Positions 1 to 14,750 of a stretch of DNA of 64,000 bases are shown piece by piece (the first letter of the stretch is position 1; every line of letters begins with the position of its first letter). The stretch lies in the NCBI RefSeq assembly GCF_006345805.1, contig NC_043004.1:10788001-10852000 (forward strand). Direction: 5' to 3'. The position numbers were made by a program, and so were the translations under genes. Source of the DNA: Octopus sinensis. Lineage: Eukaryota. The notes under the pieces were generated by a model. The model made no database searches, was not told the DNA's origin, and worked only from the letters and a program-made list of their open reading frames with translations.

Positions 1-918
1 AAGCAATCCCTTTTAGTTAGCCCTCCTTCTTGCCTTGTCTTTCTCCCTACAAGACCATTTTCAGAGTGCGGTGTATAACAGCACGGGGTTTGGAGGCACA
101 TCGAAAGATGGGATGGCTGCTCAGTGACCTGAGTCCACTAGGTTTACATAGACCAGTATTACCAAGACATGCATCTTAATACTCATTTTTGGTGAAATTT
201 AGATCTTCAGATCTTCTACTTCGCCTAAAAAGGGGGTGAATAGCTATGTTATTTTGGAAAGGTTTGAGCCTCAAGGTTCTGTCAATAGTCCAGGACCCGG
301 GCAGTAATTTACTGTTCCTGGACATAAACAGAAGCGAAAGTAGTAGCTATAGACTAGTTGTCAGGTGTACCGTGTCAGGGAAAGGGTAACCCATTTTTCC
401 AGGCGTCGAGAAGTTTTCCTGTGAACGTCCCGCATCTTAATGTTGGTAGATTAGAACGCTACATTGGAAACACGCCAGGACTTTGTGTGTCTAGGTTAAG
501 GGTGTGTGAAAAGCCTTGTAAACTTGCTCAGACATTTCCAATGGACTGTCGTTTGCTTTTTTTAATGTTACACTTGAAGGAGAAAGTCACGGTTCAAAGG
601 GTGCTACCTTCCCGCCCAGTTAATTTGTTGAAAGGTGGACGTGTGTGAAGAGGATATCCTGAGTGAGTGGGCCTGTTATGTGCCGTGTCCTGTAAGCTGA
701 AGAGTAAGGAGGAGAAAAGTACTTGCCATGCCATTCTTGATTAGTAGTGTAGGGTCCCTTCGTTGCCTCTGGGTGGCGTTTATACCCTGTTGGGGGAATT
801 TTATTAGAATTTTTCTTGTTATTGTTTGTTAGCGTATATGTAAAATCCCCCTCTTCACCCTGCCCCCACAAAATGCAGGCCTTGTGCCTTCAGTGGAAAG
901 GATTGTTGTTATTGCTAA

Positions 919-1135
919 GGCGGCGAGCTGGATGAATCGTTAGCATGCCGGACAAAATGCTTTGCAACATTTTGTCCGTCTTGACGTTCTGAGTCCAAAT
1001 TATGCCGAGGCAAATCTTGCCTTTCATCTTTTCGGAATCGATAAATTAAGTACCAGTTGAAACACTGGAATCGATGTAATCGACTAGTCCCCTCCCACCA
1101 AATTTCAGGTCTTGTGCCTTTAGAAGAAAGGCTTA
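919..1135 (+). mobile_element. SINE family G
   Basis: GGCGGCGAGCTGG...GTTCTGAGTCCAAATT...GATAAATTAAGTACCAGTTG. Other copies or fragments at ~8145-8335(-), 9855-10055(-), 12870-13040(+), 25855-26065(+), 27393-27540(+) and 48650-48840(-). Confidence 0.85.
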
Positions 1136-1627
1136 TTACTATTACACGCGGGACCCGTGAATATTTCACGGAATTAATGGTAACCCTATTTGGTTATCTC
1201 TGAAAGCTGTACACAAAAAACCTGAAAGCGTAGCCTGTGCTGTGTCTGTATGGAAAGACATTCGCTCGTCTGCTACTCATTGAAAAGTGAAATAAATTGG
1301 AATAAGATGATTACTTAATGCAACTTATATAATACACTTTATATACTTTCAGCACAATCTTAAAAGACTAAACACACAGCACTCATAAAATAAATATTCA
1401 CTCTTCTTTTTCGATTTTGCTCATAAAAAAATCCCGTACGTATGATATAATCTCTAGTTAAATTGCATATATCTGCCACGTAAATAAATGTGAAATTTTC
1501 GTGGAATTATACTTATACGCAGAGATGATATAAAAACTCGAATCAATTTTCCTTCTACTCTCTTCCCCTTCAACTAAATACGTGAAAGCGTTACAATTAC
1601 ACTCCCTCAACCTCATGTCATGGGCAC

Positions 1628-1867
1628 TTACTCTTTTACTTGTTTAAATCATTTGACTGTGGCCATGCTGGAGCAGTGCCTTTAGTCGAGCAAATAGACT
1701 CCAGGACTTATTCTTTGTAAGCCTAGTACTTATTAAATCGGTTTCTTTTGCCGAACCGCTAAGTTACGGCTACGTAAACACAGAAGCATCGGTTGTCAAG
1801 CGATATTGAAGCGACAAACACAGAAACACAAACATATGCACACGCACACACGCACACACACACACAC

Positions 1868-1904
<37 letters not shown>

Positions 1905-2070
1905 TATACATATATACGATGGGCTTCTTTCAGTTTCCGTCTACCAAATCCACTCACAAGGCTTTGATCATCCCAAGGCTATAGTAGAAGACACTCGCCC
2001 AAAGTGCCACGCAGTGGGACTGAACCCGGAACCATGTGGTTGGTAAGCAACCTACTTACCACACAGCCTC
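1628..2070 (-). mobile_element. SINE family A (tRNA head + internal TA/CA tract + conserved tail)
   Basis: Reverse complement of TGGCTGTGTGGTAAG...GGGTTCAGTCCCACTGCGTGG...GCAGTCAAATGACTGAAACAAGTAAAAGAG. Confidence 0.9.
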
Positions 2071-2994
2071 TCTCTCTTTTTCTCTCCCCTTCTTTACATT
2101 CTCCCTCTTCTTCTTTCTCTTCACGTGAAAGCGTTACTGACGGCCTAAGTAACGCAATGACTAGCAGAATCATAAGATTATTGTTGTTGTTACTTATAGT
2201 AGTGATGGTGGTGGTGAAAGAATTGATGCTAGTTGTGGAAGTAGAAGTGCTATAAACTCCTGCTTAACAATAATAAATTATGTTAATTTCTTATGGTAAA
2301 TACAATTGCTTATATGAAAAGTATTATCTTAATGTTTTAACAGAATACAAATCTGATTTCGGTATCTTGACGATATTAACAACACATTCCATAAGACACA
2401 ATCTTTTTGTCGATCGTCGTAGTTCTGTGTAATCACAGCTGTATATTGAATTGTTTATTGAAAACAATATGTCTCCAGATTGTCTTCTACCATTCCTTAC
2501 GTAAGAGGAAAATCATAAACAGACAAAAAAAAATTAACGACTATAATATTTTGTAATCCGATTTCTTCTGTCGTTGATCAGATATCGTTTGTTTCTAAAG
2601 AATTCAACAAAGTTAGAATAAAGTAATTTTCTTGAAGACGTTCGTGATGCGTTAAAGTGAACCTTTGCCTTTTATAATCGTATTTCCAATTAAAGCAAAA
2701 TGTAAAAAAAAACCCCAAAAAAACCAGAAAAGAAAAACGCAAAACGTAATTTCGCACAATGGTAAAAAAAGTGCAATTATAAAATACATTACGATATAAC
2801 ACAATAAAGTATTACAATAGAGCATGTAATAATATAGAATTATAGTACTAATATTATGATATTTAATACTATAGTGCTAATATCATAATATATAAAACTA
2901 TAGTCATGTAGTACGAGAGTAAATACATTAAAAACAAGAACACAGGAAGTTGCCTTCAGTGAAGCACATAAAATCTCAATCAATGGGGAAACGA

Positions 2995-3600
2995 GGGGAA
3001 GAGGTTGAACGCTTCATATATCTTAGTAATGTTCATACAGCAAATGGCAATGATGAAACCGACTTAGAATAAAGCATTGCGAAAGGTGCTGGACAATTCA
3101 ACACACTTCAATCAATATCGCAATTAAAGAGACTCACATCACAAATCAGATTAAGATCATTCTGGTCGATTGTTATCTCAACCACAATCTATACAACAGA
3201 CATATGAAAGAACACCGCCGAAATTGAATAACTAATTGATACTTTCCAACACAAATACCTCAATAAAGGCCCTCCAAAATGTCAGGCACTAAACGGTAAG
3301 ATCACAAACAAAGGGGTGCTCCGAAGAACCAGCGTTACACGCCCGAGTTTTGTCATCAAGGGCAGAGGACTGCATCTGGTTGCGGATGTGTACAAATGGA
3401 AGACAACATCCCAGCAAGAACGGCAATGACAAGGTTATCAGTTCATGGGGAGAAACCAAAAGATAGGCCAAAGTAAATCTGAAGGTCCGCCTTGAAAGAC
3501 AACCTGTACAGTTTTGGCACAAATTGGTTTCATGCTCTAACTATTGCTAAAGATAACGAAATATGGAAGAGCATAGTGGCCCATTGCCTTGAGGCTCGAG
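2995..3600 (+). mobile_element. Decayed RTE-clade LINE, post-RT C-terminal region
   Basis: Translation EEVERFIYLSNV...IAKGAGQFNTL...IRLRSFWSIVISTTIY...IDTFQHKYL and MEDNIPARTAM...KPKDRPK matches the typical RTE ORF2 C-terminus (FCYLGS...RIAKA...LLYG.ETW...GRPR). Confidence 0.75.
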
Positions 3601-4575
3601 AAAACATATATTCATAATATTCAATCTTCAATGTTGCTATTAATCATTCGGCGCATGAGCATTCGTGAGAGAGTTGGGTAGACTGTACCGATTCTCTGCG
3701 CTCTAACTTCATATTCCATCTAGGTCAGCTGTTATTTTCATACTTTCGGTCCGATAAAAAGTCAAATAATTCAAAGCAGTGGATTGGCTGAAATGTCAGA
3801 GTCGGACGGGATGTCTTACAATATCTCTTTCGCTACTCTGCATTGTAACTGCAACACTTATGACAACACTAGTGTTAAGTTGTATCGGTCCACATCGGCG
3901 GCCTCTACCTAGGAAAACACAGTTGGTGTAGGGATGGTAGGCTTGCATTTACGGGCAACTAAAAGTCTTTCTCATAAAGTCTTGCTCAAGTCAGCTCATC
4001 GGTATGGCAATGCGTGTTTAATATTGAACACCGGAAATCGCACATATAATTTACAGTGACACTCAATACTATAATGTTCTACGCTATTATAATATACAGA
4101 GGCAGTATGGCAGTATTGTTTCTCAAATAAGCTTCGTAATCGCGAGTTTGTGAGTTCTGTCTGTCCCTGAGACATTTTGGGCAGGTGAGTTTCACTTCAG
4201 CCTCAGGTTAGATCGTATCTGCAATTTCGAGGTCCACTCTTGACTCACGCCGTGACACTTTCACACTCTCTGATCATTACGCAAACGGTATTTTATATCT
4301 GTGAAGCTCTTAGTCAGTCACTCTTTAATTTTGATGGTAAATCAGTTATTCGAATCTTTGGAACTCGTTGTCGATAATTCGATCATTTTAACCAATTACC
4401 ACTGTTGTAACACTATTACAATTGTACTGAAATAAGTGATCGACGAGAGAATTATAATATACTTTAAAGTCTTAGTAAGGTATTAAAATTTACCAATCTT
4501 ATAATGCGCTGTGATTGTACTGATTAACTACAATTGTTTGACAACAACAGATACTACAGTATACTATTAAAATGT

Positions 4576-4830
4576 GGAGGCGCGTGGTTTAGTGGTTAGG
4601 ATATCAGCATCATGATCGTAAGATTGTGATTTCGATTCCAGGATCGGGTGACGCGTTGTGTTCTTGAGCAAAACACTTCATTTCACGATGCTCCAGTCCA
4701 CTCAGCTGGCAAAAATGAGTAACGCTGCGATGGACTGGAGTCCCGTCCAGCTGGGTAACACATACGCTATTGAAACCGGGAAACCGGGCCCATGAGCCTG
4801 GCTAGGCTTTAAAAGGGTGCATATATTTAT
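4576..4830 (+). mobile_element. SINE family D (tRNA head, CORE-like centre)
   Basis: GGAGGCGCGTGG..TAGTGGTTAGG...TTCGATTCC...TTCTTGAGCAAAACACTTCATTTCACGATGCTCCAGTCCACTCAGCTG; second copy at 61644-61840. Confidence 0.85.
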
Positions 4831-7185
4831 TTTTATATGCTATTATAAACCCCGTGTAAGAATACAATATTCTCCATAGTATAATAAATATAGTAAATTA
4901 TTACAATTTACTACAATGTTATGCCTGATGTTACAATAGTGCATGTATATTTAACGTATCTATTATATGGAAACTGTGGGCTTTCGTGTATGTGAATGGG
5001 AAAACTCCGTTTGATTATGTAAACAATTGTTACAGAAAATTTACTCTAGAAGCTGCGTAATGTTTAAGAGCAATCTCCCTTGTAATAGTTGTTGATCAAA
5101 TGTTTTAAGGGGAAATTTTACGCATATAGCATTATAATAAATTTTTAGAACATAAGTATACAGTCAGATATTCCTGTGAAGTTTGAAGATTTAAAGAAAA
5201 TATATATTTAGTAAGCAATATTTGAAACATGAAATTTTAAAGCATAAAAATACGCACAATTCAGTATGTTGGATAAATCTGCAGCAAGTTTGTGACATAA
5301 CTGATTTTGTACTTTCGCTTTAACCAATTTGTCGTTGATCTGCATTTCATAGAATTAGTCGTGAATTCGTCGTGAAAAGTTGAAAGGTAAAATTGCTCTC
5401 GACGGCATTTGAACTTAAATTTTAGAGAGCCATTTAAACAAAATGCACAAAGTGCCATCTTATCTCACGTATTTCGCAATATGTTTAGCATATTATAAGC
5501 ATAGAGCCATCACAATATTCAGTTCTTGGTGCGGGGTAGTAGTTTCTACGCTTTAATGGTCCTGTGCCAGCAGAGAGAAAGCTCCTGATAAGGCTTCACA
5601 TGCTGCATAGGTTAAAGGACAGAGACCAGGCTAATGCGGACCATCTCTTCGCAGAGGTAAAAATAAGTTTGTGTAGGGTCTTCACCTTTACATAAGGGAA
5701 AGAAAAGGTATAGAAACATTGATGAGAATTCGAAATCAACTTCTCGTATGTAAATATTTGCAAGGATTTGTAAAGAATTTATGAAAAGCAAGAATAACAG
5801 TTACAGAGTTACAACCCAGATTCAAGAAAAGGGGAGAAACATCATCGTTGACTTAAGTTCCACAGGGAGCGAACAGCTTAATTAATAAATATAGACGACC
5901 TAAATTGTTCTGGTTATGTGTAATAACACTGATATATGGACACTTTCGAATACAAGAACTTTATGAGACTCTATTTCACTAATACGGTGCCTTGTAAGTG
6001 TTTTTGCATTAATTTTTGGTTGAGGTTTTGTGGTAGGCAAAACAACATAATCCTGTAATCTAGTTTTACATCTCGTTAATCGGATATCATTGGCTTTGCA
6101 ATGAACGCAACATAGACTGAAATCATTTTGGGAAAGGAGTGTCGTAAAGCAGTTGTAAAAATTTAGAAAGAAAATAGATTAGACATTTGGTTAACAAAAA
6201 AGCAATAGAATAATAAAGAAAAATGATAGTAGTAAATATGAGATTAATATGTTTATAGCAAAATAAAATACTATCTCTCTGTTAGGTAACTGAAAATGTG
6301 GTCATAAAACTGGACGAATACACTTTTTTGTTTCAGCTTTCCGTTCTATCTAACATACTTATCAGAGTTTCCTTTGAATAAGTAAATGAATGAATATATA
6401 AATACATAAATATATAGACAGGTAGATAGATGCATAAATTGATAGATAGATATCGAAAAATAAGCAAAACAAGAAAAGAATGGGTGTAATAAGGAAATAA
6501 GTAAAACTTATAAGGGAAAAGAGAGCCACGCAATTTCGATTTTTTTTCTCTATGATGTTTTGTTGGATTTTTAGAATTAAGGATTTGTAAAAGATAAAAG
6601 TCAAAGCAACGATACATAAACAAAAATAAAAAAAAGACACCACAAAATCAAGAGAAGCAACAATTACAACTAACAAACAAAACAAAACTGGCAAACATTT
6701 AAAAATAATTAATGATTCGTTAGAAGACAACGTATCAATAATTGAGATCAAAGACACTAGTTTTTTCATATCGAATACCATCATTTTTATGGCAGTAGTG
6801 ATCGGCATCAAATTTACACGACTGTAAATATTCGTAAAAGTTCGGAAGTTATTTTCAATATTATTCGCTTTTAGTAGTATTAAAAGTCGTTGTGTAAACG
6901 TCATCTTTTGCAAACACGCAACACAAACATACATTGATAAATGCACATACACTCACGTATGCTCACTTATGTATATATATTCGCTCACAAGCATATATTC
7001 AATAGTCCATGATACAAACATATAAATATACATACATACAGTCACACACACACACACACACAACACACACTCAAACTCAAACATATTATACTAGTACAAA
7101 CACATAACTTCTATATGAATATATATTGTGATTGTATACACACTATTGGCTTATACCACACACACACACATATATATATATATAG

Positions 7186-7285
<100 letters not shown>

Positions 7286-7414
7286 AACGATATATGTATA
7301 TACCTATATAAATGTCTATTCACCTCTCTCTGACCATCAAGCGATGGTGGGGAGCAAATAAAGGCACGCAAACATATATATATATATATATATATAAACA
7401 TATATGTATATATA

Positions 7415-7566
7415 CAACATACTTCTCTAAGTTTCGTCTACCAAATCCACTCACAAGGCTTTGGTTGACCCGAGGCTATACTAGAAAATACCTGCCCAAG
7501 GTGCCACGCGGTGGGACTGAACCCGGACCCATGTGGTTGTTAAGCAAGCTACTTACCACACACCCA
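7415..7566 (-). mobile_element. SINE-A head only
   Basis: Head homology ending at a TA tract; tail absent. Confidence 0.8.
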
Positions 7567-7780
7567 CCCCTGATATCTATCTATCTGTCTCTCTCTGTCT
7601 CTCTTTCTCTCTCTCTCTATATATATATCTATATATCATTATTCAGCCTTTCTAGTGTGGATCTTGTGAATATCCTTGCATGTACTTCGCTTTATACCAT
7701 TTTAGGGTTTGTTTAATGTACTAAACATTGGTTATTTTTTTTACATAAATATACATCACTAAATGCATATACATATCCAC

Positions 7781-7846
<66 letters not shown>

Positions 7847-7853
7847 TGTAACG

Positions 7854-7913
<60 letters not shown>

Positions 7914-8431
7914 TAACTGGTACATCACACGTATTGAGAAGAGCATCGTCGCTGTGAGAGCTGTTACTGCCCATGTATTTTAATTTAACCTTAAAAAAAA
8001 AAATGAACGAACTATTGAGTTTGGTTTAATGGCCTACCAATGTATACTATGAGTTTCTTTGCCCTAGGAGTCGGGAAGATGCTCGGCAAGAAATAGAAGC
8101 AAATTTGAAAGAAGAAAAATAAAAAAAAAAATAATAATAATAATTCCTTCTACAGGCACGCGGCCTGTCATTTTGGAGGAAGGGAGTAGATAATGTTTGA
8201 CCCCACTGCGTAACTGGTACTTATTTCATCGACTCCGGAAGGATTAAATGCAAAGTCGACCTCGGAGAGACTTGAACTGAGAAAGTAATGACAGGCGAAA
8301 TGCGTCTGAGCATTTTGTTCTGCTAGATGCAGGCAGCTCATATTCTCCATAATATCCGGAAAAAATAAGCTGGGCTTTTATTTAAAAAAAAAGATAAATA
8401 GATAAAAAAAATTAATAGTAATAATACAATA

Positions 8432-9302
8432 GGCGCAGGAATGGCTGTGTGGTAAGTAGCTTGTCTACCAACCACATTGTTCCGGGTTCAGGTCCCACTG
8501 CGTGGCACCTTGGGCAAGTGTCTTCTACTAGCCTCGGGCCGACCAAAGCCTTGTGAGTGGATTTGGTAGACGGAAACTGAAGGAAGCCGTGTAGTATGGG
8601 ATATATATTTATATAAAATAAGAGAGTGGTCACTATATTGATCACTTAGCACTCTAGTTAATCCAAAAGGTTTCAACACGAAAATACATGTTTCCCATGA
8701 AAGCCAAGTACGACTGTTAGCTCACACGGACAGGGCAAATAAAAAATAACAAGCGAAACATTGTCCCAAAATAATCTGTATTTTTGTTATTTTTATTTGC
8801 CCTGTCCGTGTGAGCTAACAGTCGTACTTGGCTTTCATGGGAAACATGTATTTTCGTGGTTGAAACTTTTGGGTTAACTGGTGCTAGAGTGATCAATATA
8901 GTGACCACTCTCTTATATTTATTTGTGAAAATATTATAATATGTTATAAAATATTATAATAATCCAGGTTTCTCGTAGCACTAGGCCACTTGGTGTGGAA
9001 TAAATATACTATTAAATTAGTATCTAATTCTCTCACCCTTATTAATTAATTATATATATATATATATATATATGCGTGTGTGTGTTTGTGTGTATGTGTT
9101 TGTCCCCTAGCATTGCTTGACAACCGATGCTGGTGTGTTTATGTCCTCGTTACTTAGCGGTTCGGCAAAAGAGGCCGATAGAATAAGTACTGGGCTTACA
9201 AAACAATAAGGTCCCGGGGTCGAGTTGCTCGATTAAAGGCGGTGCTCCAGCATGGCTGCTGTCAAACGACTGAAACAAGTAAAAGAGTAAAGAGTAAAAG
9301 AG
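8432..9302 (+). mobile_element. SINE-A split by MITE and AT-rich insert
   Basis: Head at 8432-8600, tail at 9060-9302. Confidence 0.85.
8621..8913. mobile_element. Fold-back MITE, ~130 bp arms, TA target duplication
   Basis: TA|AGAGAGTGGTCACTATATTGATC...GATCAATATAGTGACCACTCTCT|TA. Arms ~8621-8752 and ~8781-8913 are near-perfect reverse complements. Confidence 0.9.
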
Positions 9303-10059
9303 TTATGAAAAAAGCGATAAGTAAAATGTGAAACAGCAACAGATTAAAATAATTAGCAAAGAAGAGATCTCAAAGAGCGCAAACCTTCGTCAATGCAACA
9401 CCAACGTCCTCTCAACGATTAGCCAGAGATGATTTTTAAAAATAAGTACATCTGAAATAAACTCGACTACTCTCACAAACGAGAATACTAAATATGAACC
9501 CAATCGCTCTCATAAATTAAGTAAAAAAAGAAAGAATAAAAAAAGGAATGATGATCCAGAATCCTTGTCCGGTAGCGGATCGATCCCAAAATCTAATCAT
9601 TTCGTGCTAGTGACGAAGACAAACAATTCTGAATGTCTCGTCTGATTCTGTTCGGCGGCTCTTGAGATATTTTGTCCACAGACAAACAGACAAATGCGAC
9701 TGAAAGCAATACCACAAAGGTGGAGTTAATAGGTGTATGAATATGACTATGATAAGAAGAAAGAAAATAAGAACAAAACTAGTAAGAAAAGAAGAGGTCT
9801 GGGTTCTTTTATGGATAATAATAATGGTATTAATAGCAAAAGTATTTATTTCTACTATAGGCACAAAGCCTTGAAAATTTTGGGGGAAGGGAGGTTAGTC
9901 CATTATATCGACTCCATTACGTGACTGGTACTTATTTCATCGATCCTAAAAGGGTAAAAGGCAAAGTCGACCTCGGCAGAATTCGAATAGCGGCTGAAGA
10001 AATAACGCTGAGCATTTCGCCCGACGTGCTAACGGTTCTGCCAGCTCGCTGCCTTAGCT

Positions 10060-10393
10060 GAGACCCCTTCGGTCATGACTGACTGTGGGATTGCACCTTG
10101 AAAGTTACCCTCCCAGGCACAATTCCAGGCAAGTTTGTTTGTGGAAGACTAACAGTCGTCCATGCATAACGGCCTCCCCTCTCCACGCCACTGATGTTAT
10201 CCAAGGCAAGGCAAAGACCGATACAGCTTGGCATCAGTGACGTCGCAACTCATTTCTACAGCTGAGTTAACTGGAGCAACGTGAAATAAAGTGTCTTGCT
10301 CAAGAACACAATAAGCAGCCTGGTCCAGGATTCGAACTCACAAACTCACGATCGTAAGCTTGACGCTCTAATCACTGAGCCATGCGCCTTCAC
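10060..10393 (-). mobile_element. SINE family E (D-like head/centre, different tail)
   Basis: GACCCCTTCGGTCATG...GTGACGTCGCAACTCATTTCTACAGCTGAG...GGATTCGAACTC...ACTGAGCCATGCGCCT; fragments also at 62645-62915 and 63411-63539. Confidence 0.85.
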
Positions 10394-10402
10394 GCCGCCT
10401 TA

Positions 10403-10434
<32 letters not shown>

Positions 10435-10584
10435 CGGTGATGATAACATCGGTAATAATGGTGAATAGAAGCGAATAAATAATTAAACTCTTCGAGAACA
10501 ATACAATAATGTGAAGTGTGGTAGTGTGATAGACGAAAAGAGAAGTTAGTAGCAATTCATACATACATATATGTGGAAGTGGAA

Positions 10585-10952
10585 GCACTCCGTCGGTTAC
10601 GACGATAAGGGTTCCGGTTGATCCGAATCAACGGAACAGCCTGCTCGTGAAATTAACGTGTAAGTGGCTGAACACTCCACAGGGCGTGCACCTTAAAGTA
10701 GTTTCTCGGAGATATTCACGTGACACAGAGAGTGACAAGCCGGCCCCTTGAAATAAGGTACAACACGAAAGGAGTAGTAACAGTGAGAGAAAGTTGGGTG
10801 GAAAGAGTACAGCAGGGATCACCATCATCCCTGCCGGAGATCGGCAGCTTTTAGGTGTTTTGCTCAATAAACACACACAACGCCCGGTCTGGGAATCGAA
10901 ACCGAGATCCTATGACCGCGAGTCCGCTGCCCTAACCACTGGGCCATGGCGC
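10585..10952 (-). mobile_element. SINE family F (tRNA head GGCCCAGTGGTTAGGGCAGCGGACTC)
   Basis: Homologous to the plus copy at 40808-41160 and, in the head, to 60500-60790(-). Confidence 0.85.
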
Positions 10953-11421
10953 CTACGCATACATATATGCATATGTGCATACATGAATGCATGCATACGT
11001 ACATGCATACATACTGTACATACATACATAAACGCACATCAGTATCCTCCTTCTTCTCCTCATCATCATTATCATTGTTCAACGTCCAATTGCTATATGA
11101 TATGGGTTGGACGGCTTGATATGAATCCGGTAAGTCGAAGAACAGCATCGTGCTCCAATATCTTGCTACGGTATAGTTTTCAATGAAAATCTTATAAACT
11201 GACAAGGCGAGCTGAGTTTACCCCTAGGCACTGTGAGAGCCACTGATGAACATTAAAATACAGAAGCAATTAAATGCGTCTTGCTATGTCTGTTGCTGCA
11301 GGGAGCTTGCCTCCCTTGTCTCTCGTTAAGATGATGCTTCCGTGGCTATTGTGTTATTTTGACTCTTATTTCTTGCACCACTGGTGCTAATTGATACCTT
11401 TGTCACTTTCGTGTGGACTAT

Positions 11422-11488
<67 letters not shown>

Positions 11489-11552
11489 GTCTGTCTGTCT
11501 ATCTGTCTATCTGTCTATCATCTAGCAGCCCTGTGTGGCTAATAAAGAAACA

Positions 11553-11611
<59 letters not shown>

Positions 11612-11619
11612 ATCATATC

Positions 11620-11650
<31 letters not shown>

Positions 11651-11729
11651 ATCTCTCCCTTTCCCTCTCTGTATATATATATATATATATATATATTATT
11701 ATATATATATATATAATATATATATATAT

Positions 11730-11945
11730 ACACGGTCATTTAAAATGTGACCGCGTGTCTACCGTTGGCGATTTTTTCCCCCTGTCTTTCTTCTCTGGAT
11801 CTTTCCTTCCTATGTTTCCGACGAAGAGCTCCGCTCGAAACGTTAAACCCTCCTTCTTTCCTTCTTTCCTGAACGTCCAATAATACTATATTGGTTCCAC
11901 GTCTTCGCGTTGTTGTGTTTTTTTTGTGCTTTCTTGTTTGGATTA

Positions 11946-11952
<7 letters not shown>
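11730..11952 (+). mobile_element. Small TA-flanked element (family C) with hammerhead-like motif at 11814-11848
   Basis: GTTT-CCGACGA-A-GAGC-TCC-GCTC-GAAA-CGTT-AAAC. The element is bounded by (TA)n on both sides and is related to 60105-60305. Confidence 0.6.
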
Positions 11953-11988
<36 letters not shown>

Positions 11989-13055
11989 GCATGTAAATAT
12001 ATGTGTGTGTTTAAGTATGTATGGATACACAAATGAATATCAGGCGTCAGGGGTGTGAAGCCCTGGCGTTCATGGTGCTATCAAGTGTTAATAAAATATA
12101 CAGGTGGTACCCAGTGTGACTGCAGGCTATTGTTTGAGACTGTAAACATAATAAATGTAATATATGCGAAAATAAGACAGATATTTCCCTCTCACATCTT
12201 GGGTACGTGTTTATACACACGCACGCACGCACACACAAACACACACACACACACACTGACACACAAAGACACACGCACACACTGACACACACAGACACAC
12301 TGATACACACAAACACACACAAACACACACACACACTGACACACACAGACACATGCACACACTGATACACACAAACACACACAAACACACACACACACTG
12401 ACACACACAAACACACACGCACGAACACACACACATGCACACACAAACACACACAGACACACACAGACACATACGCGCGCACACACACACACACACACAC
12501 ACGTCTCTCTGAAGAAATTCATCAACTTTTAAAAAGAATTTTAGAGAAACGGAATGACACGATTCTTTCTTCGCATTTTGTGCAAGCGCTTGTTATTCAT
12601 TTTTTTTTTTAAACACGCGAGGATTAACCTGATAGATAACTCTATAACGTATGTGTTTGTAGTATTGATCAAAGAAAGCGCTTACACACAACGCGAAATA
12701 AACATCCCACTATGTTCGTGTAATCCTGTTTTTCTAAGATTTTTTAAAAACCAATTTATAAATTTTAAGAAAATGTTTCTTCATATCTAATTATAGTATC
12801 AAGTATATTTTGCAAAAAAACATTTTATATATGGTATACGTACGTACACTATATATAAAATGTTTTTTTGCAGTGAGTTCAAATTCCGCCGAGGTCGACT
12901 TTGCCTTTCATCCTTTCGGGGTAGATAAATTAAGTACCAGTTACGCACTGAAGTCGATGTAATCGACTTAATACCTATGTCTGTCCTTGTTTGTCCCCTC
13001 TGTGTGTTTAGCCCCTTGCGGGTAATAAAGAAATAGGTATACGTACGTACTCACA

Positions 13056-13092
<37 letters not shown>

Positions 13093-14157
13093 GCTCACGC
13101 ACGTGCGCGCACAGAAACATGAACGCACACGCAAGTCGTAAGTCGGCTTACATAGCTTTGTTTTATATTTTTACAATCTTAAGGTACATTCTCAGGCAAA
13201 AGTCACACATAACATTCTTTATTATACTACAATATTATTTGTTCATAGAGAAGTACCAAAGAATACACATCCAAGAAATAAATACACAATGTAGTGTAAG
13301 GAACAGTTGCAAAACTTATTTAAATATTTATTATAGACTGGTGATTGGCTGCTGTGGATCTTTGATGTTTTAGCTGACGTCATCCGTTGAAGGGTTAATT
13401 TCTGGGAAACTAAACCCGTTAGATTTCAGCCGGACTATTTATTATTACTGCCGGGAACTGGCGAGCCAATCGGTCGTAAGTCAACGACGACCTGTACTCC
13501 GATGAGTTCTGTACCCTTTTCGTGTACTCTGTGACAAACACAAGACTTACTTAGCTTGTCAAGATGCTATGTATTGGTATCGAATCCGTGTTTCCATGAT
13601 TGAGAAGCGAATTCCTTAACCACTCGGCCACGTGTGAGTACAATCCCTACTGACAACAATGTCGACACTAATCTGTATACAAGCAACAAAGTAACATCAC
13701 GTGAACAAAACAGTTTATCCTCTGCCCGTATTTTACGAGAACGGGGAGCCTCTAACTAGTCGTAAGGCTTAATAGACGTACGTCGCATTTCTTTCATATC
13801 ACAGATTACCATATAAAAGACAAAAATAGTAGTACTAAATACACGGTATCAGATATAAGAAAAATCGCGATGGTCATGAATGGAGTGTCACTCACAGCTG
13901 CGTTAGGGACTAAACAACAAAATCACATATCATTTTCAAACGTCTCCATCACCACGAGTTTCAAACAACTTACAGTAATTATTTTTTCATTTAAAAAATA
14001 CTTTTTTTATTATCATTATCATCAACCAAATCTAAATAGAAAATAAAAAAAAAATGCGGCCTTTGAAATATCTAAAAATCAATTAGTTTGTATCGATATT
14101 CTACGCTCATAAACATAATAAAGGTAAGAAAATATATAAAGCCGACTCTTTTACGTC

Positions 14158-14750
<593 letters not shown>

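Noticed and set aside
1-871. Higher-GC segment with short ORFs, possibly a retroelement remnant
   Set aside because: All frames have frequent stops and I found no convincing RT, EN or other motif. Left unassigned.
5520-5660. Possible exon ending ...GCAGAG|GTAAAA
   Set aside because: Short open frame with no recognisable domain and no convincing acceptor site.
6362-6952. 196 aa hydrophobic minus-strand ORF, possibly a receptor fragment
   Set aside because: Both ends are microsatellite-derived, the composition reflects A-rich DNA, and there is no recognisable motif or splice context.
12047-12525. ORFs of (CV)n, (YI)n, (LSIY)n, poly-I/M/S and similar across the window
   Set aside because: Microsatellite translations, not genes.
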